DNA of 64,000 nucleotides from Candidatus Margulisiibacteriota bacterium (GTDB taxonomy: Bacteria > Margulisbacteria > Marinamargulisbacteria > JBFWNS01): positions 96,001 through 160,000 of the forward strand of contig JBFWNS010000004.1 of the NCBI GenBank assembly GCA_050250935.1, in the 5' to 3' direction. A program made the translations under genes and the position numbers. Positions 16,951 to 31,900 of the stretch are shown here, piece after piece. The first letter of the stretch is position 1. Each line of letters begins with the position of its first letter. The notes below the pieces were generated by a model. The model made no database searches. It was not told where the DNA came from and saw only the letters and a program-made list of their open reading frames with translations.

Positions 16951-19900
16951 GCCCTAGCCTCCACTTCGGCCAAACGGGTTAACAACAGTTTGAAACTTTG
17001 CAAAGTCCCAGATCCTTGTTGGAAACGGGCAATTTCGTTGGCAATGTCTTGGGTTTTTGCGGCACGATGCAACTGGGCAGCAGGGGCATGAACCGCCATG
17101 CGGGGATCTACTGGTGGCTTGCCATTGGCAAAATGGGCTTTAATGTCTGCATCGGCCATCAGGGCGGGCAAGGCCAACGGAGCTATCGCAGCAGCAGGGG
17201 GTGCAGCAGGGGCGCCATTAATTTTCACTTTTAGGGCTTCCAACGATTGGATCCTCGCGGCATTTTGAGCCCGAAGTGCAGCGGTCGTGGTTAAGGGCAC
17301 TAGAACCGCGTCGATGGCCAAAGTCATGTTGGCCCGTAAAGCAGGTTCTTGACCCAAGGCTGAAAGGGTTTGCAAGGCCCCTGCATCCAAAGTCAACACC
17401 GCTTGTATGGATTGATTCCAATCGTCTGGCAATTGGATGGGTTGCCCTGCTGCAGGAACAGGAATCGGCGTTAATGCATTGGCCACAAAATAGCCAAAGG
17501 TCGACGCCACGCCCCGAACGGCATCAACAACAGCTTGATCGGCACCAACGGCGCCAAGCGAAGTTGCCAGCGTGTTGCGTTCTGTAGCCGTCAGACTGGC
17601 CAAATCGGCAGGATGAGCCAGAAGCGATTGGGTAACAGCGGTTAAATTGTTTTGAGCAAACCCTGCATTGCCATGGGTTAGAGAAGCAATGTCATAGCGA
17701 ACACGCTGCAGCGCAGGGGTTCGCACAACCTGGGCAAGATCTGGTGGCAACTGAGCCAAAACTGCGGGGTCGGTGACCGGTATCGTTCCCGCCAGAACAT
17801 CTGCATGAAGCTGAGTCACAACCGCATGGTTGGGGATCTGGGGCATAATGGCCAGCTGTGCAGAAAGTTCTTGAACAACAGCTTGTTGAACCAGAGCGGG
17901 AACCGCTCCAGGAACAGCCAAGGCCGGCATGGCCAACGGCATACCAGCTGCAACTGCTGGCAGTACAGGAGGAGCAACCGATGCATTGAGCGCATCCAAA
18001 AACGTCCGCATATTGGCCGCAATAGCAGGATCATCCAAAGCAAAAGGAGCAGGTGGGGACAACTGAGCCTGCAATGCAAATGGACCGCCAGGCACATTGG
18101 GCATGACCGCTAAAATGTTGTTCCGTAGTTCGATTTCGGCATTACCGTTGCCATTTCTTGCATCAATATTGCGAATCTCGGTAAAGAAATTTGTTGGACT
18201 AGAAGCGACTGCAACCAACAATGCCTCCCGCCATTCGGGAACAATCGCAGCAGTAAGACCAGATTGGTCTGTAGCCGCAACACCCGCATAATAACCCAAG
18301 GCATCGGAAACAGTTGCAGCCTGAAGTCTCGTAACAGCCCCAAGCGGAACCGGCGAAGGGCTGGGTCGCGTTGGGGTAGTGATTTCGTCAACCAAAAACT
18401 GGCGCTGCTCGGCAGTCAGTTTTAAGGCTTCTTCGGGCTTGGCCAACACGCTGTTCACCAAGGCTTCAAAGCGACCCGGAGTATTCAAAAGTTCACCCCG
18501 ATTGGCCAAAGCCAGTTGCTCGGACGAATCCACGCTCCGAATTTGACCGGCTTGGCGATCGCTCAGAACAGCCAAATTCACACCGGTTCTACCGGCTAAT
18601 TTTTTGCTGAGTTCTCCTTCGAGACCATAATAAGACAGCAGTGCCAAACCTGCTTTATTGGCATCTTGATAGAGCGCTGCTGCTGCTCGATCGAAGGTTT
18701 GTCCAGAGGTATTCAAGGCCATATGAACTTGAATTTCGGCGGTTAATCGCCCTTGTTGAATGGCGTTTAGACCGGCTGGAGCAAGCAAAGCCGCAAAGCC
18801 AGTCTGACCCATAGCAGCCAAAGCTTTACGCTCCACCGGCGTGAAGCTGGCAGACGGAGCACCCAACCGAACCGCCATTGCCAGAGCCCCTGCTGGAGTT
18901 GCCAATTGGGTTAGGGTTTGGATAAAAGGCTTGGATTTTTCTGGCGCTTCGCCCATCAACTGAATGGCTGCCCGCATGGATTCTGGCGTAGCTCCTTGAA
19001 GCGCCAGTTGTCCTGCCACCCATTCGGCCTTGGAAAGACCTTGTTGATTGGCTTTTTCTTGAATGGTTTTTTGAAGCCGACCCATATGTGTGGCTGTCCC
19101 CGTATTTTTGTCCATGATCGTGGCTACAGCCAAAATGGTGGTTAACGATTGGCCTCTGGCAAACCGAGGGTCATCCAAGGCAAGACCCATTTCCAAAGAT
19201 TCTTTAACCGTAAGTTGTGCCAAAGCAGGCGGCGCAGCTGCCGTTAATTTTGCAGCACCAGATGCCCTATTACCCATATGTTGAGCTTGAACAGTTCCCA
19301 AATCCAAGCCTGTAAGTCGAACAAAGGCATTACGAACAGGTCCAAGAGGCAATTCTAGATTCACCATCGACTGCGGAAACTGGCTGACGATGCCCACCAA
19401 GGTTTCGGCATCCAAGGTGGTGGTTCCCCCAGTTGCCACTCGGGCCAATTCCGAACCCACCGTCCGTAGGATATCCTGGCACCGGTCGGCAATCACGGCT
19501 TTACTGTCTTTAAAGTCTTCCCGATCTCGGTCACCCAACTGGGACAAAATGGACTGACGAACCTTTGCAGAGATGGTTTTGTCGCTTAACATTTCAAGCG
19601 TATCAAAAGCCGAATACGACAGAACAAATCCCAAGAGTTTAACAGGGTCTTTTTGGAGCATTTTCTCCATAACCGCAGCCCGCATGCGGTGCGTATCCCC
19701 AGACGGATCGGTTTTGATGCGATCTTGAAGGAAATCCAAATAGCTAAATTCTGGGTCACGCCAAGCCCGTTGGGCTTCGCCAGCCGCTGTTGGAGAACTG
19801 GGACCAGAAGCGAAAGGAACCCGAGCAGGCATCACCAAGGCAGGTGATTGTTCCAGCATCAAGGCCATGTTGGCATTCAAACTTTCTTGACGACTCGTCT

Positions 19901-22900
19901 GCAGGGTCTGCAAGGCCTTAAACACGGTGTCTTGAACCCCGGCCTGATCGGCCTGACGGACAGAAGACAGTGGCCCTGCTTTGGCAGCCAACATCCCCAG
20001 CACATGCTGGGCAACACCAACAGAAGAAGGCGCAAACCGTGCAAGAATGGGATCAGCCCCCAGCTTTTGGGCCCAATCAAAGGAAACAGCACCCGATTGC
20101 ACATCCAAGCCTCGGGCCGTAACCTGACCTTGATCATCAAGCAACCCATTGGTTTTCAATAGGGCGACAAAAGCCTGAGATTCTTGAACCGAGGCACCTA
20201 AAGTATAAACCGGTGGGTTCGAGTTGATCACAACTGGCGCTCCAGGAAAAGGACTCGTTGAAGAAGTCCAACGCTGAATCGAATCAGCCGAAACGGGTTG
20301 CCCCAACAACGAGAAGCCACCCGCCGCGTTAAACGCTTCGGTTAGCTGATCCTCCACCAAATACCCGTTTTCATAGAGTTGGGCATAAGCATCTTCCAAC
20401 TTCAGCCCACTGGCTTCCAAAGATTGTCGGGTAGCGTCTGGCATTTGGGACCAGAACAATTGGGACCTGGCCGAAAAGGCCGAGTTGATTTGAGTTGCCA
20501 ACGCCTGTGCTCGAGCACGGGTTTGTGCTGGGGACAACCCTGGCAGATAGGCATGGGACATCATGTCTTGGGCCGTAACCCGACGTCTTGGGGTGCTATT
20601 GGGCTGAAGGATCGAATTGGGTTGCGTAAGGGTAAGCGGCAAGCCCGCTTTTGGAACCTTGCTGGCATACACCAAATTCAACCGTTCGACTATTTTCATC
20701 ACCTTGGGCTTTACAGCATTGTACTGGGCTGTGCCGGGGGCATTCCCATTCGCCAAAGCAGTGATTACAGTCGACAAAGCTGATGGCGCAGCATTAACAA
20801 TCAAGCGAGTATCAATCATCTGATTGGGTCTTAATTGATCATCCACCAATTGATGTGTTTTTAAAGCTTCTACAACGGCTTCGGCTGTAACCGGATCTCC
20901 ATTTTTATCAAAAGAAGCGTAATCCAAATAGTCTCTTAAGGCATTGTTGCGTTCTGCGTCTTCGTGGGCAATGGCATCGAAGGCAAAATCCACATCAATA
21001 CGGTGCTGCGTAGCCAATTGTTCCAAAGCGACAAAAACCACCCTGGAATGGGTTGGCTTTTTTCCAAGCAATATTTGCCGAAGGCCATTCTGAAGGGCAG
21101 AGGTGGGTGGTTTCTGATCAGCTCTTAACTGACCATCCCCAGCCGAAGAAATTTTTCTGACCAACATTCTGCCCAGATGTCGAATATTTCCGCGATAGGA
21201 CACATAAGAATCCGATAAAATTCGACCCAAGAAGGCCACCGTTTTAGCCGTATTGCCATCGCTTAGAACAGGGGTATTTTCCAAGCTTTGCATCACCACA
21301 TTAAACGCTGTCATTGGATCGTCGCCTTTAATTAAGGTTTTCATTTGATCGTCAAAGAGCTTGCGCAAGGCATCGGACACCGTGGTGCCAACCTGAAATT
21401 CTCTGGGTGAAGTTCGAGCTGCATGGGTAATTAATCCACTCAAAATGTCTTTATACTCTGGATTTTGAATCCAATTGCGTTCCGACTTCACGGCATGTCT
21501 GAAAGCCCGAATCATGATGCCGGCTTCTGGCCCAGAAGCTTCGCCAATATACGCCTGTAAAGCAGCCAATTTTTGTTCTTTGCTTAAGGTTGTGTCTTTT
21601 AGAAGCTCTTTAACAAAAACTTTGGCACGCCCCACATTTCGGTCCACTTCAGACAATCGGGTAAAGCGATTAATTCTGGCAGTTTTGGCATAGTGAGCCT
21701 GCAAATGTCGACTGATCGCAGACAATTGTTCTCTGGCTTTGGCAGAGGTTGGGGCCAATTGTGTCAAAATAGCTCGGTAATTCACCAACATCTGACGGTC
21801 GATCTGGCCATGCAAAACCATCTGACGCATCGTCGCTGCCATCCGATCCAACACATGGGCACCAGCCGAGTGAATTCGGGCCTCGACTTCGGGGCTGGTC
21901 GGTTCGGCAGAATCGGTTGTATCTGAACTTAAGGCAGACCCCAAAAGACCATTTTCCCCACCACTTAACATGGCACGGGTTGTAGCATCCAGTGGAAAGG
22001 CCTCTGCAGTTCCTGTTACACGATCAACGCTTCTTAAGCCTTCTAGCAAATCGGCTCTGGCACTGGGATAGGCTTGAACCAGCTGGGTGTCGCTTTCCAT
22101 ATTCGCTGTACCCGTAAACCTGCCATTGGCAAGTTGACTGATAGCCCTGGGATATGGAGCACCAACTGGAGCAGGAACGGGTGCTCCTGCAGGTTGAGCA
22201 GGTGGAGCCCCTAAAGCAACACCAACCATGGCACCTGCTGGAGCCCCAGCGGCTGCTTTTGCAGCTGCAGCAGCACGAAGTTGATTATTGGCATTTACAA
22301 GGCTAACCATGCGGCTCACGATCGTTTCTACAGCCTGAACCTGAGCCTGTGCCTGAGCTTGTGCTTGTGCCTGTTGAGCCGCTCCCAATGTCAAGACAAA
22401 TTGCTGTGTCAACCGTTGAACCTGCTGCTGTGAAATGGGAACGGTTTGCCAGACGGGCGGAGCACCTGCCTGCTGAACCTGCTGAATATACCCCATGGTA
22501 TTGCTCATATACGCGATAAAATCGGGATTCGTGACCACAGCCGCAAACACCCTTGGGTTATTGGTTTGCATTTTGGCAAGACTTCCTGCAAAAGCCGGAT
22601 CATCAAGCCCCCCAAATGCAATAGTCCCCAGTACCTGCGCATTTAAACCACCAGCTGGAACAGACCCAGAAAGCCGAATTAAATCAAAATACATCTCTGA
22701 ATTTAAATAGCCCTGATGCTGAGGGTATCGCAATGGTTGTGTTGCCAAACGTTGTGTAAAATCCAATACGACCAAGCCCATGGTCACCATCACCTCTTTG
22801 GGAACAGAAGTTGGGGCTCCAGTACCAAAGGCATGCATGGACCCCAGGAAGGTCAGGATTCCAGAATAAGACTGGGGATCCTCCGCCAATCGGGTTGTAA

Positions 22901-25900
22901 GGGCCAATACAATTTCGTTGCGGTGTGCCGAACCCGACAAAAAGGTTGGGCTTTCGAAAATCTGCTTCAAAATACGATCGGTATTAACATCATTTTGACC
23001 CTCCAAGGCCTTGGCCAACACATCCACAACCACAGCGGGTTGGGCTTCCAAAGCCGAAAGAAGTCCCAACGCCATATCGGGTTTTAAAGGCGAACCGGGA
23101 GCGGCGCGAAGAGCGGAAACCAAGGTATGGGTTAAACTACCTGGCACCAACGCTGGGGCTGTCAATTCGGATTGAATGGTGGTAGCAACATTGTTCAAAT
23201 GGGGGGCAATGGCCTGCATTTGGTGGGTGTCCTGGGCATGATTCAACACCGCAACCTGTTGGGCAGAGGGCAACAAAGACAGAAGATTAACGGGTGCTAA
23301 CTTGCTGTCTTTGGATAAATTCGCCAAAACCGAAACCAAAACCTGAGGAGATAAGGCTTGAATATCTGCCTGCCATGCCGCCACAACCGCCTGGGCTACG
23401 GGAGACCCCTGTTCGATATCCGCAGCCCTGAGTCGGTCGTTCAAATCGGCCGTAGACCGAATAGCCGTATTCCAAGTGCCATTATTACCCATGATGGTTT
23501 GTGGAAGCGGAATCGGAGGATTAAAGGCCGTAGGAATTTGAATAACAGCACTTCGAATGGCTGGCATTTGCATCAACTGGGCAGTGGCTTGGGTTCCCAA
23601 CGCACCCGAACTTGCCAATGACACAAACATACCAAAACTGGGTCTGGTCGATGGAATCGAACCAATATGATCCCGTAAAAGACGCGCTTGGAGCGGGGAA
23701 GACATCAATTGTCCCAAAACAATTTTGGCATTATCAATTTGAACCTGAGAAGCCCCATTTTTGTTTCCAGAAGCGTACTGAGCCAAAACAGCAAGCCAAG
23801 CTTTGGCTCGAACTGGATTGGTCTTACCCAACTGGTCCATCGTGGCAAAGAAAGTCAGGGAATCAGAAGTAGCGGGACCATAATTGGTCAGAAAGGCGCC
23901 TGCTGCCGTGGGAACGGAACCAGCCAAAGTGTTGGGTATAGCACCAGCCAAGACCACAATCCTCTGGGCTTCTGCAATACCCCGTTTTTGAATGATATCC
24001 AACACCAACCGAGCCTGAGCTTGACTTCCAGACGCTTCCCCAACCGCCGATTTAAAGGCCATATGTGCAGCAGCATCATAACCAACCTGAGTTGGGTCCA
24101 TGGTGGCCGCATTATAGGTTCCCAAAGCCGCCGTCAAACGGGGGTAATCCGCATCCAAAGCCCCGGTTTTTCGCAACACAAAGGACAACGTATCGTCTTG
24201 GAGCTGTGTTGGCACTTGCGCTTGTGGCACAACCAAGTTGACCCCATTCATTAAATCGGTCCAATATTGATCGATAGCCGCTGGGGCCGCACCCGCCGGT
24301 GGCGACGCCATGCCCAATAAATCGGCAGCTGCATCTGGCGCCGTTTGACGCATCGTATTCACCAAAGCAACTTGCGCTTGAACCGACATTTTAGCAAACA
24401 CAAACTTCGGCGAAACAGAGGTAGATACTTGTTCAAAAAAGGTTCGAAGGGCATCTGGACCCGCCCCTTGAAGCTGTGTAACCACCTGTTGGGTCATCAA
24501 GCCGCCCAGCAAGGTTTCTTGCTGATCCATGGGAATTCCACCCAATAAATTGGCAACCAAAGTTCCCAAATCGGGAACTCTGGCCATGTTGGAAAACAAA
24601 TTCCCAACTTTTCCAGGATCCTGGGTAATGGCTGTCAGCAAAGCGGTTTTGGCTTTGGCATCCAGACCGGCTTCTTTGCCATTGCCCACCAAGATTTCTC
24701 GGGCCAAAGCCACTTGAAGATAGCCTTTGGTGGTATTCACCAAGTTCAACCGATGAGGATCAAAGACCCCTTTGGTTTGGGCCAATTCAAAAAAGGCCAT
24801 CATGGTATTGATTTGTGCAGCACCTGATCCCTCGGCCTTAAGCGCCTTGTCGTAGGCCGCCTTAAAGGCTGGATCTTTATATCGATCGGGATTCGACGAA
24901 TAATGCGCCACCAATTGCCCACGCAATTTGGCCAAATGTCCCAAATAGGCTTTTTCGCCACTGCCCTTCATAACGGCCCTTAACACTTTTTGGGCCAGGT
25001 TGCTCATTTCGGTTAGGCCATCTTGCTGCTTGGCTTGAACATCCAGCATTTGCTGTTTAACCGCCAAGCCCACCTGGGTGGACAGGGTTGGACGACCCGC
25101 CATGCGGTCCATTTCGATGTCGGCATGCAATTGTTCGAGCTTGGCAGAGCCCGCCGCTAAATCGGCAGCACTCAAACTAGAATGCCCCAAAATGGTGCCC
25201 AAGAACGTTACATCGTGTTGCATTACCCCCACCAAAGACTTCAGCTCTGCCAAACTCAAACCGACCATGGCACCAGTCAAAATGGTCTGAGCATTTCGAA
25301 CGTTTGCAGGGTGTTGCAACGCATCTAAAACAAGGCTGACAACATTGCCAGCCGCATGCCTTTGTAAGTTTGAAATCACCCGCAGCTTAGCCTGTGCTTC
25401 GGGAGAAACTTGGGCAGAAGCCCCCAACACTTGCAAAGGAACAACCCCAGGAAAAGAAACTTGATAGGCGGCCAACCCAGCTTGCGAAGAAACAATAGCA
25501 GACAACCGAACAAAAGCATCGGGATTGGTTTGATGCAACTGATTCACAAACGATGGATCCACCAATGCCGTCCAATCGGCACCCGTCATGGCCGCCAATG
25601 TGGCTTGAGAAGGGGGGAAATCGGATCCCAATTTTTGAAGCGCTGCAGTTCCAGCCTCGCCTACGACAAACCGATTGGCAATGTCCCGTGCCAAAGCTGG
25701 AAGCCCGGGAAGTGCCGCAAGAGCAGAAAACGTGGTTGGTGTAGGCGTTGGTAAAGCAAATTGAACCGCTGTCAAAGCTGCGGTCACATCTTCCAATTTC
25801 ACCGCCCTACCCTCTGAAGACAAAATATCCAAGCTCTCCAAGGTTGGGGGTGTCTGTTTTTCAACCGTATCCACAAGGGCTGTGGTGTTTAATCCGATGT

Positions 25901-28900
25901 TTTGGGTTTTGTTAAAGGCCAGAAGGGTTTTAACCTCGGACAGCACCGCCGCTCGAATCGCAAGATTAGGAGAAGACAATAGCCGTTGGGCCATCGTCAT
26001 TTTCTCGGCCAACTGGGCTCGGGTTGTTCCAGCGGGTACGGCCAACATGTCTGGAATCAGATTGACTACGGTTAAAGTCCCCCCTGCCTGATTCATTGGA
26101 ACACGGAGTCCTACAAGGTTTCCTAATTGCTTGTTCGAAGCCACAACCAAAAAGTCGCCCAAGGCTTTGGCTTGAAGCGCTTGGATCTGAAGATTCACTG
26201 CACCACCATGTGCCAAGGAAAAAGCCGCCAATCCCGCCAAACTTCGCAATTGCTGAAACTGAGCCGAGGTCATGTCTTTGGCCTCGGTTTCGATGGCTGC
26301 ATACAAATTTTGAACCTGTGCCACATTTGGGGAGGCCCCCACAGCAGCCAAGGCACGCGAAACACCAACCGGAATGGTGGTCAAGGTTCGCCGAAGGGTT
26401 GCCAAATCTTGAGCAAAATCTTGATAAGCCCCTTGGCCCGTTTCTAAATGACGGAACGCTTTAGCCGCAATGGCCGAAGTCGCCGCCTGCAAATGACGCC
26501 GCTCGGCATCGGAGCTGATTTTTTCTCTGGACGCATCCGACACCTGAGCCTGCAAAGTTTGGGCCTGATTTCGGAGGGTTAAAATCGCCAACAAGGTGTC
26601 TAAAGCCGGCGTTGATTGTTGGGGTCGTGCACCTTGGAGGGCATTCAAGGCCAATTGAAGGTCGGGCAAATCGGCAGCCTGAAGGGTAGCATTGTTCACC
26701 AAGGTCAAAAGAGCCGAAACTGTTCTTCCCCCAGGGCGCACTAGACTTTGAAGTACGCCATGCCCACTGCCCAAAACAGCCCCCAACTGTCCATTTAAAG
26801 ACGTTAAGGAATCATTCATTTCAGCTGTCGTGTCGTCAACGACGCCCTTGGACAATTGCAACAAGTTAATCAGGGCACCCGAACTTAAGTTCGAACTCAC
26901 TTGGGTTTGAATGCTGCTAAACAAGGTCGATGCCATCACGGGATTAATGGTTCGTAAATCGCTGATCAACGCCACAGCTTCTGTGGGGTTATCCAAGGCC
27001 ATTTCCCTAAATAAGGTTTGGGCTTCTTTGGAATTGCCACGGGTATTAAAGAACCCAACAGCCTCGTTGCGGGTGGCCACAGAACTTAATAAACGCGCAG
27101 CGGGTTGATACAAAGCCGAGGTATAGGTTGTGGTGATTTTCTCGGCTAATTTTTTCAAATCCCCATTCGAGGGCGATGCCTTGACCACTTTTTCCATGGC
27201 CTTAACCACATCCACCCGAGAAGCCACCGTTCGGGACGAATTTAAAGCCGTAATGGCCGAAACAAAATCCGTTGCAAAACGATCTTGAACCGATTCAGAT
27301 TGCGTGGCCACCAAAGACAACAAATGGCCCACCGCAGCCGAGTTTAAAAACACCCCTTGGGCAATGGCCGCTGCCAATTTTCGACGGGTTTCGTCGTCCA
27401 ACAACACTTGGCGCAACGTGGCGCCGTTGGACAACTCCACACCCAAACGATCTAAATTACGGTCTTTTCGATCAACCACTTCGGCGGGGGTTTCGTCTTT
27501 TTGTTGCCCAGGAGCAAGCGGAGCCTGAACTTGGGGAACATAGGCGGTCAAAAACCGTTGAAAGACCTTCAAATGAGACAAAGGCGCCTGCCCTGGTTGG
27601 ACTGCTTGAGTGACCCCAACCGAAGTTGTCACCCGGCTAACAACATCATCAATTTTTTTAGAAACCTGATCCAATGTTCCCAATTCGTATAACGCCCTTG
27701 CCACTTTATCTTGAATGGACCTAGAAGCATTCGTTTGAGCCAAGCGCTTTAAGAAACGGTCAACATCTTCGGCACGTCCTTGATCCACAGCATCGCTGAT
27801 TAAATTGGCCAATTTGAATTCAGACTGGGCCAGTATACGAAGATCGTTGGCTTGCAGTTCGCGGGTCTCTGAAGAGCGAAACACCTGTTCCACATCCGTG
27901 GCCGAAGGCGTCGACAAGACCGTATCCGACAAATCCCCTTCTATAACTTTATCGGCCAAAGCGGCAACAGCATCCAGATGTTTCCGTTGAGAATCGTAAT
28001 ACTGTTGAAGGGGGCGAGGCAAATCCGCCTTTGGAATCCCACGACTAACCGCAACCGACGTTAGTCTTTCAATGGCCTTTTGAGCGGTTTGGCGTTGCTG
28101 GACTTGTTGAGGAGTTAAGGGTGCTGCTGCAGTTGCAGGATCCAAATCATCAATGGTTGATTGCAAGGCCTGTGCCGTGCTTTCAAGCAATCGAGCATTA
28201 TTTACAAAAGCAGATCCAGCCAAATCGTCATCGCTAAGACTGGCGATAAGCTCAGCTTTGCTCTCTCTATCCATTCTATTCATTTGAGATTCAGACCGAG
28301 CAAGCAATGCAGTTTGAGAAGCCCTCAAATGACGTTGATCTGCATTTTCAGACCCACGTCGAATGTTGTTCACCACCGATTTCATGACCCGTAATGGGGT
28401 TTGAACCAAGCCTTTTAATCCACCAACCAAAAACGCACCAAACGCTTTAAGGCCAGCAGCAAACTTCCTGGCACCCTTGGTTCTCGGATTTCCATTATTA
28501 ATCCAAGCTTGAGAATCGGCATACGACTTTCTGGCTGCTTGAACCCCACCATAAAAGAAACCACCCACAGCAGCGAAAGGTGCTGCAACAACGCCCCCAA
28601 TCAATTTTCCAATATTCAGAAGCTTAGAGCCCACATTTTTAAGCCCACGACCCACAGCCAGAGCCCCATCTCGAACCGCTTGTCTGGCAGTTCCAGAACC
28701 CTGTTGTCGGGTCTCGAAGAAATATTTGGAATCAAATTCCAAATCCAATTTAGAATCGCTAAACAGATAGGTATTTAAAAGCCCGAAAGAAAGGGTATTT
28801 ACAACTGTTCTGGCAGCACCTTGAGGCGGGGTAGCCCCGGTAACAATAGAATTTCTATTCAACGTTCCAGACACAGCACCCGACACCACTTCCCGAAGTG

Positions 28901-31900
28901 AAGTATCACTAGATCCAGACACGCCAGCCAGCATGGCTTTTGCCAAGTGTCCACCCAAGGTTTGTCCCGATTTATCTTGGCCCGTTTGGCCAGTAAGACG
29001 TTGTAAAACCAAGGCGCCCACTGCTTTACCAGCATCTCCACCGACGTTTCCAATCACCTTGGTCAACAAAGAAGCTGCAGCATCGATTCCATTGCGCTCA
29101 ATTTCGCCATTCAAATAAAAGGCCAATTGGGCAGATTGATCCAACAAAGCGCGTTTGGCTTCGCGATCGTTGTTATTTTTATCGATCTTATCTCGAATAT
29201 CTGCAAAATCTCTGGCAAAACCACTAACACGAATTTCATCCACATCCACGCCAATATCTGAAGTGCGCAAATCCCGTAAAACCTGGTTACGCAAAAGGGG
29301 AATATCCCCAGCACGAGCCCTGAAATCTTGGTCAAATTTCTGATCGATTCCTGTTGCACTAAAGATACTGGGATCCGCTTCCCGTCTATCCAAAAATTCG
29401 ATGCCCAAAATAAATTGTCGGGCAACACCATCGAACGCTTTTTTAGCAGCGCTCGTCACACCTGCAGCCGTTGAGTTAAGTCTAGCAAGAGCAGCAGAAA
29501 ACGCCTGACCTGCAACAGATGCAGGGGCAGCCCCAGCTGCAGTGGTAGATCCCGCAGCGGTATTGGCATTTAAAGCCGCTGTAACCCCATCCAAATCGGC
29601 CTGGGCTTGGGCATCAAGCGGGGCAGAAATCCCCGCCACAACAGCTCGATTGGTTTGAGCCGCACTCGAGAAAACACTGGACACTGCCAAGGTGGGAACC
29701 CCAGCAGCCCGTTGCGCTAAATATTCATTAAATTGTAACTGCGATGTCGCCCCAACAGCTTTGTCGTTTACGGCTGAAAATCGGTCAATAACACTGCCAA
29801 AAGCATCCATCAATTTGGCTTGGGCAGCCGCTTGGGTATCCATATTGGTTTGCAGGGCATCCAACTGTTGGCGCAATTGCTGAGAAGGGGTCAGAACAGG
29901 GGCAACCCCAGCACCAGCAACACCGGCCGCTTGCACAGGAGGGGCTGCTGGCAAGGGCGCACCAGCAGGCGTGGACACTGCGGCCGAAGCATCGGCCACC
30001 GCCAACTGGTCCATCAAACTTTTTCGGTCTGCGGCCATCGCCACCAACGGAGCAGACTCGGCCAATACAAGGTCTCTTAATTCACCCAGTTCTGCCCCCA
30101 GTCCTTGAACTGTTCCGTAATAGGCTTGAACCCCTGTATTCGACTTTAAATTCGCCAAAATATTTCTGCCTACTGCACTTCGTCCTACAGCACTGGCCTC
30201 AAACGCAGCTCTCCCTTTTGCATTTAAAGAAAACCCACCCACACCATTGTGTTGCTCTTGAACACGGTCTCCAACAACCAAACCAGATTGCGTTAAAGCC
30301 GTCATAGCTTGGACACCTTGCCCCACCGGGGCCAACCCAGCATCCTCTAAAAGTTGCGCCGTAACCACACCTCTGGCAATCTGCGCTTGGGCTCTGGCAA
30401 CTGTTAATCGCGCATTAATCCGTTGCTCAATCGCATCGATTCGTGCAGCCAAAGGCGATCCAGGGGCAACACCCGCTTTCAAAGCCGCCAATTCAGAAGA
30501 AATCGCATCCAAGTTCCCCCCAGTTCGAATGTCCGCTTGAATGACATTCAAATGGGCCAGCTGCGCCGAGCGCGATCCTGGGGATTCTCCAGCTGCAGCA
30601 CCCTTTAAGGCTTGATCTCGCTCTCTGTCTTCAAATTTAGATCTAAAATCCCGTTCAACTTCGTCTTGGGAACGGAAAATGCCGGAAGCGCCACCGCCGC
30701 CACCCCCATAAAGTGTCGCATTAATAAGGCCAGATCTAGCGCCCAGGAAGTTCAATAGTATCAACACCAGAACACGCAAAATATTTTTGAAAAAGTCTCT
30801 GGCCTTTTCAGCCCTAATTTGATTCGGGGTCATCGAGGCTTGTCGAGTTTGCTTGGCTTGAATAAATTTATCGTATCCTTCTTGTCCTGGTTTTGGATCT
30901 CCTTTTAAAAAGGCATGCAGCCCTTTGATCCCTCGCACAGCAGCACCCGGCTTCCCAGGCTCTACACCGTCTCTGGCCTTTTGCTGAACAGCCAGTTCGT
31001 TTTTTTGATCCAACTTCGTGGTAGCTGCTTTTTTGGCTATTTCAAGCAACCCTTCCATGAATTCTTTTAGTGGCGCTGAAAGATCTTTAAACGCATCAAT
31101 CAATTTTTGTAAATTCCGCTTGTTAATATCCACCGTGGATTGCTGCATTTGTGCAGTAACAATGGCATTTTCCAGCATACCCGTATCGGCTAAACCAGCA
31201 TTGTCCATCCCCATCGAAGCCCCTTCTGCAGAGCTTGCAGCAGCATCCATATTCGGAGTGGCCAAGGCGGTCTGCTGTGCAGGACTAATGTTTGAATCGA
31301 AACGAGCATTTTGGAAAGATCCACCCTCTCCACCCGTGCTAGCGGAAATAGCCGATAAGACAACGTCCACCACAAATTGGGTGATCAAGGGCATCAACAA
31401 CAGGCGTAGGAACTGTTTTTTCCGGTCGGTTGCAGCATCAATTTTTGCCGCACGTTGAGCTTCGGTTTTGGGAGGCTTTGGTGCAGCGCCTGCTTTACCT
31501 GGCTTTGCTTTAGCCGCAGCCCTTGCCTGAGGGCCAACGGGATTAACCGTTGTTTTAATTTGGGTCGATGCATTTTTCTTTCGCGCCGATTCTGCTTTCA
31601 AAGCCACATTCATAATCAAAGTGATGGTCCCAGTAACCAATTGAGAGACTGCTTCTTTAATACGATCGATAGCCTTATTCATCATATCGGCTTTGTTTTG
31701 GAAAGCCGCAAACTGGTTTCTAGCCACGGTTAATTGGGTTTGAAAAAAGGCTTTGTCTGGGTCCAAAGCTTGCTGAATTAATTTATACGCTTTAACCGCG
31801 TCTGAACCGGTTAAATCGCCCAAAGCATTGGATCTGGCATCGGCTAAAGCAATGGCCAAATCGCGTTCGGTTCGAACCAAATTCATTTTTCGGCGAAGGG

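Noticed and set aside
22333..22380. QAQAQAQAQ tract in the giant protein as a contingency repeat
   Set aside because: Codons vary, so it is protein-level low complexity and not a slippage-prone DNA microsatellite.
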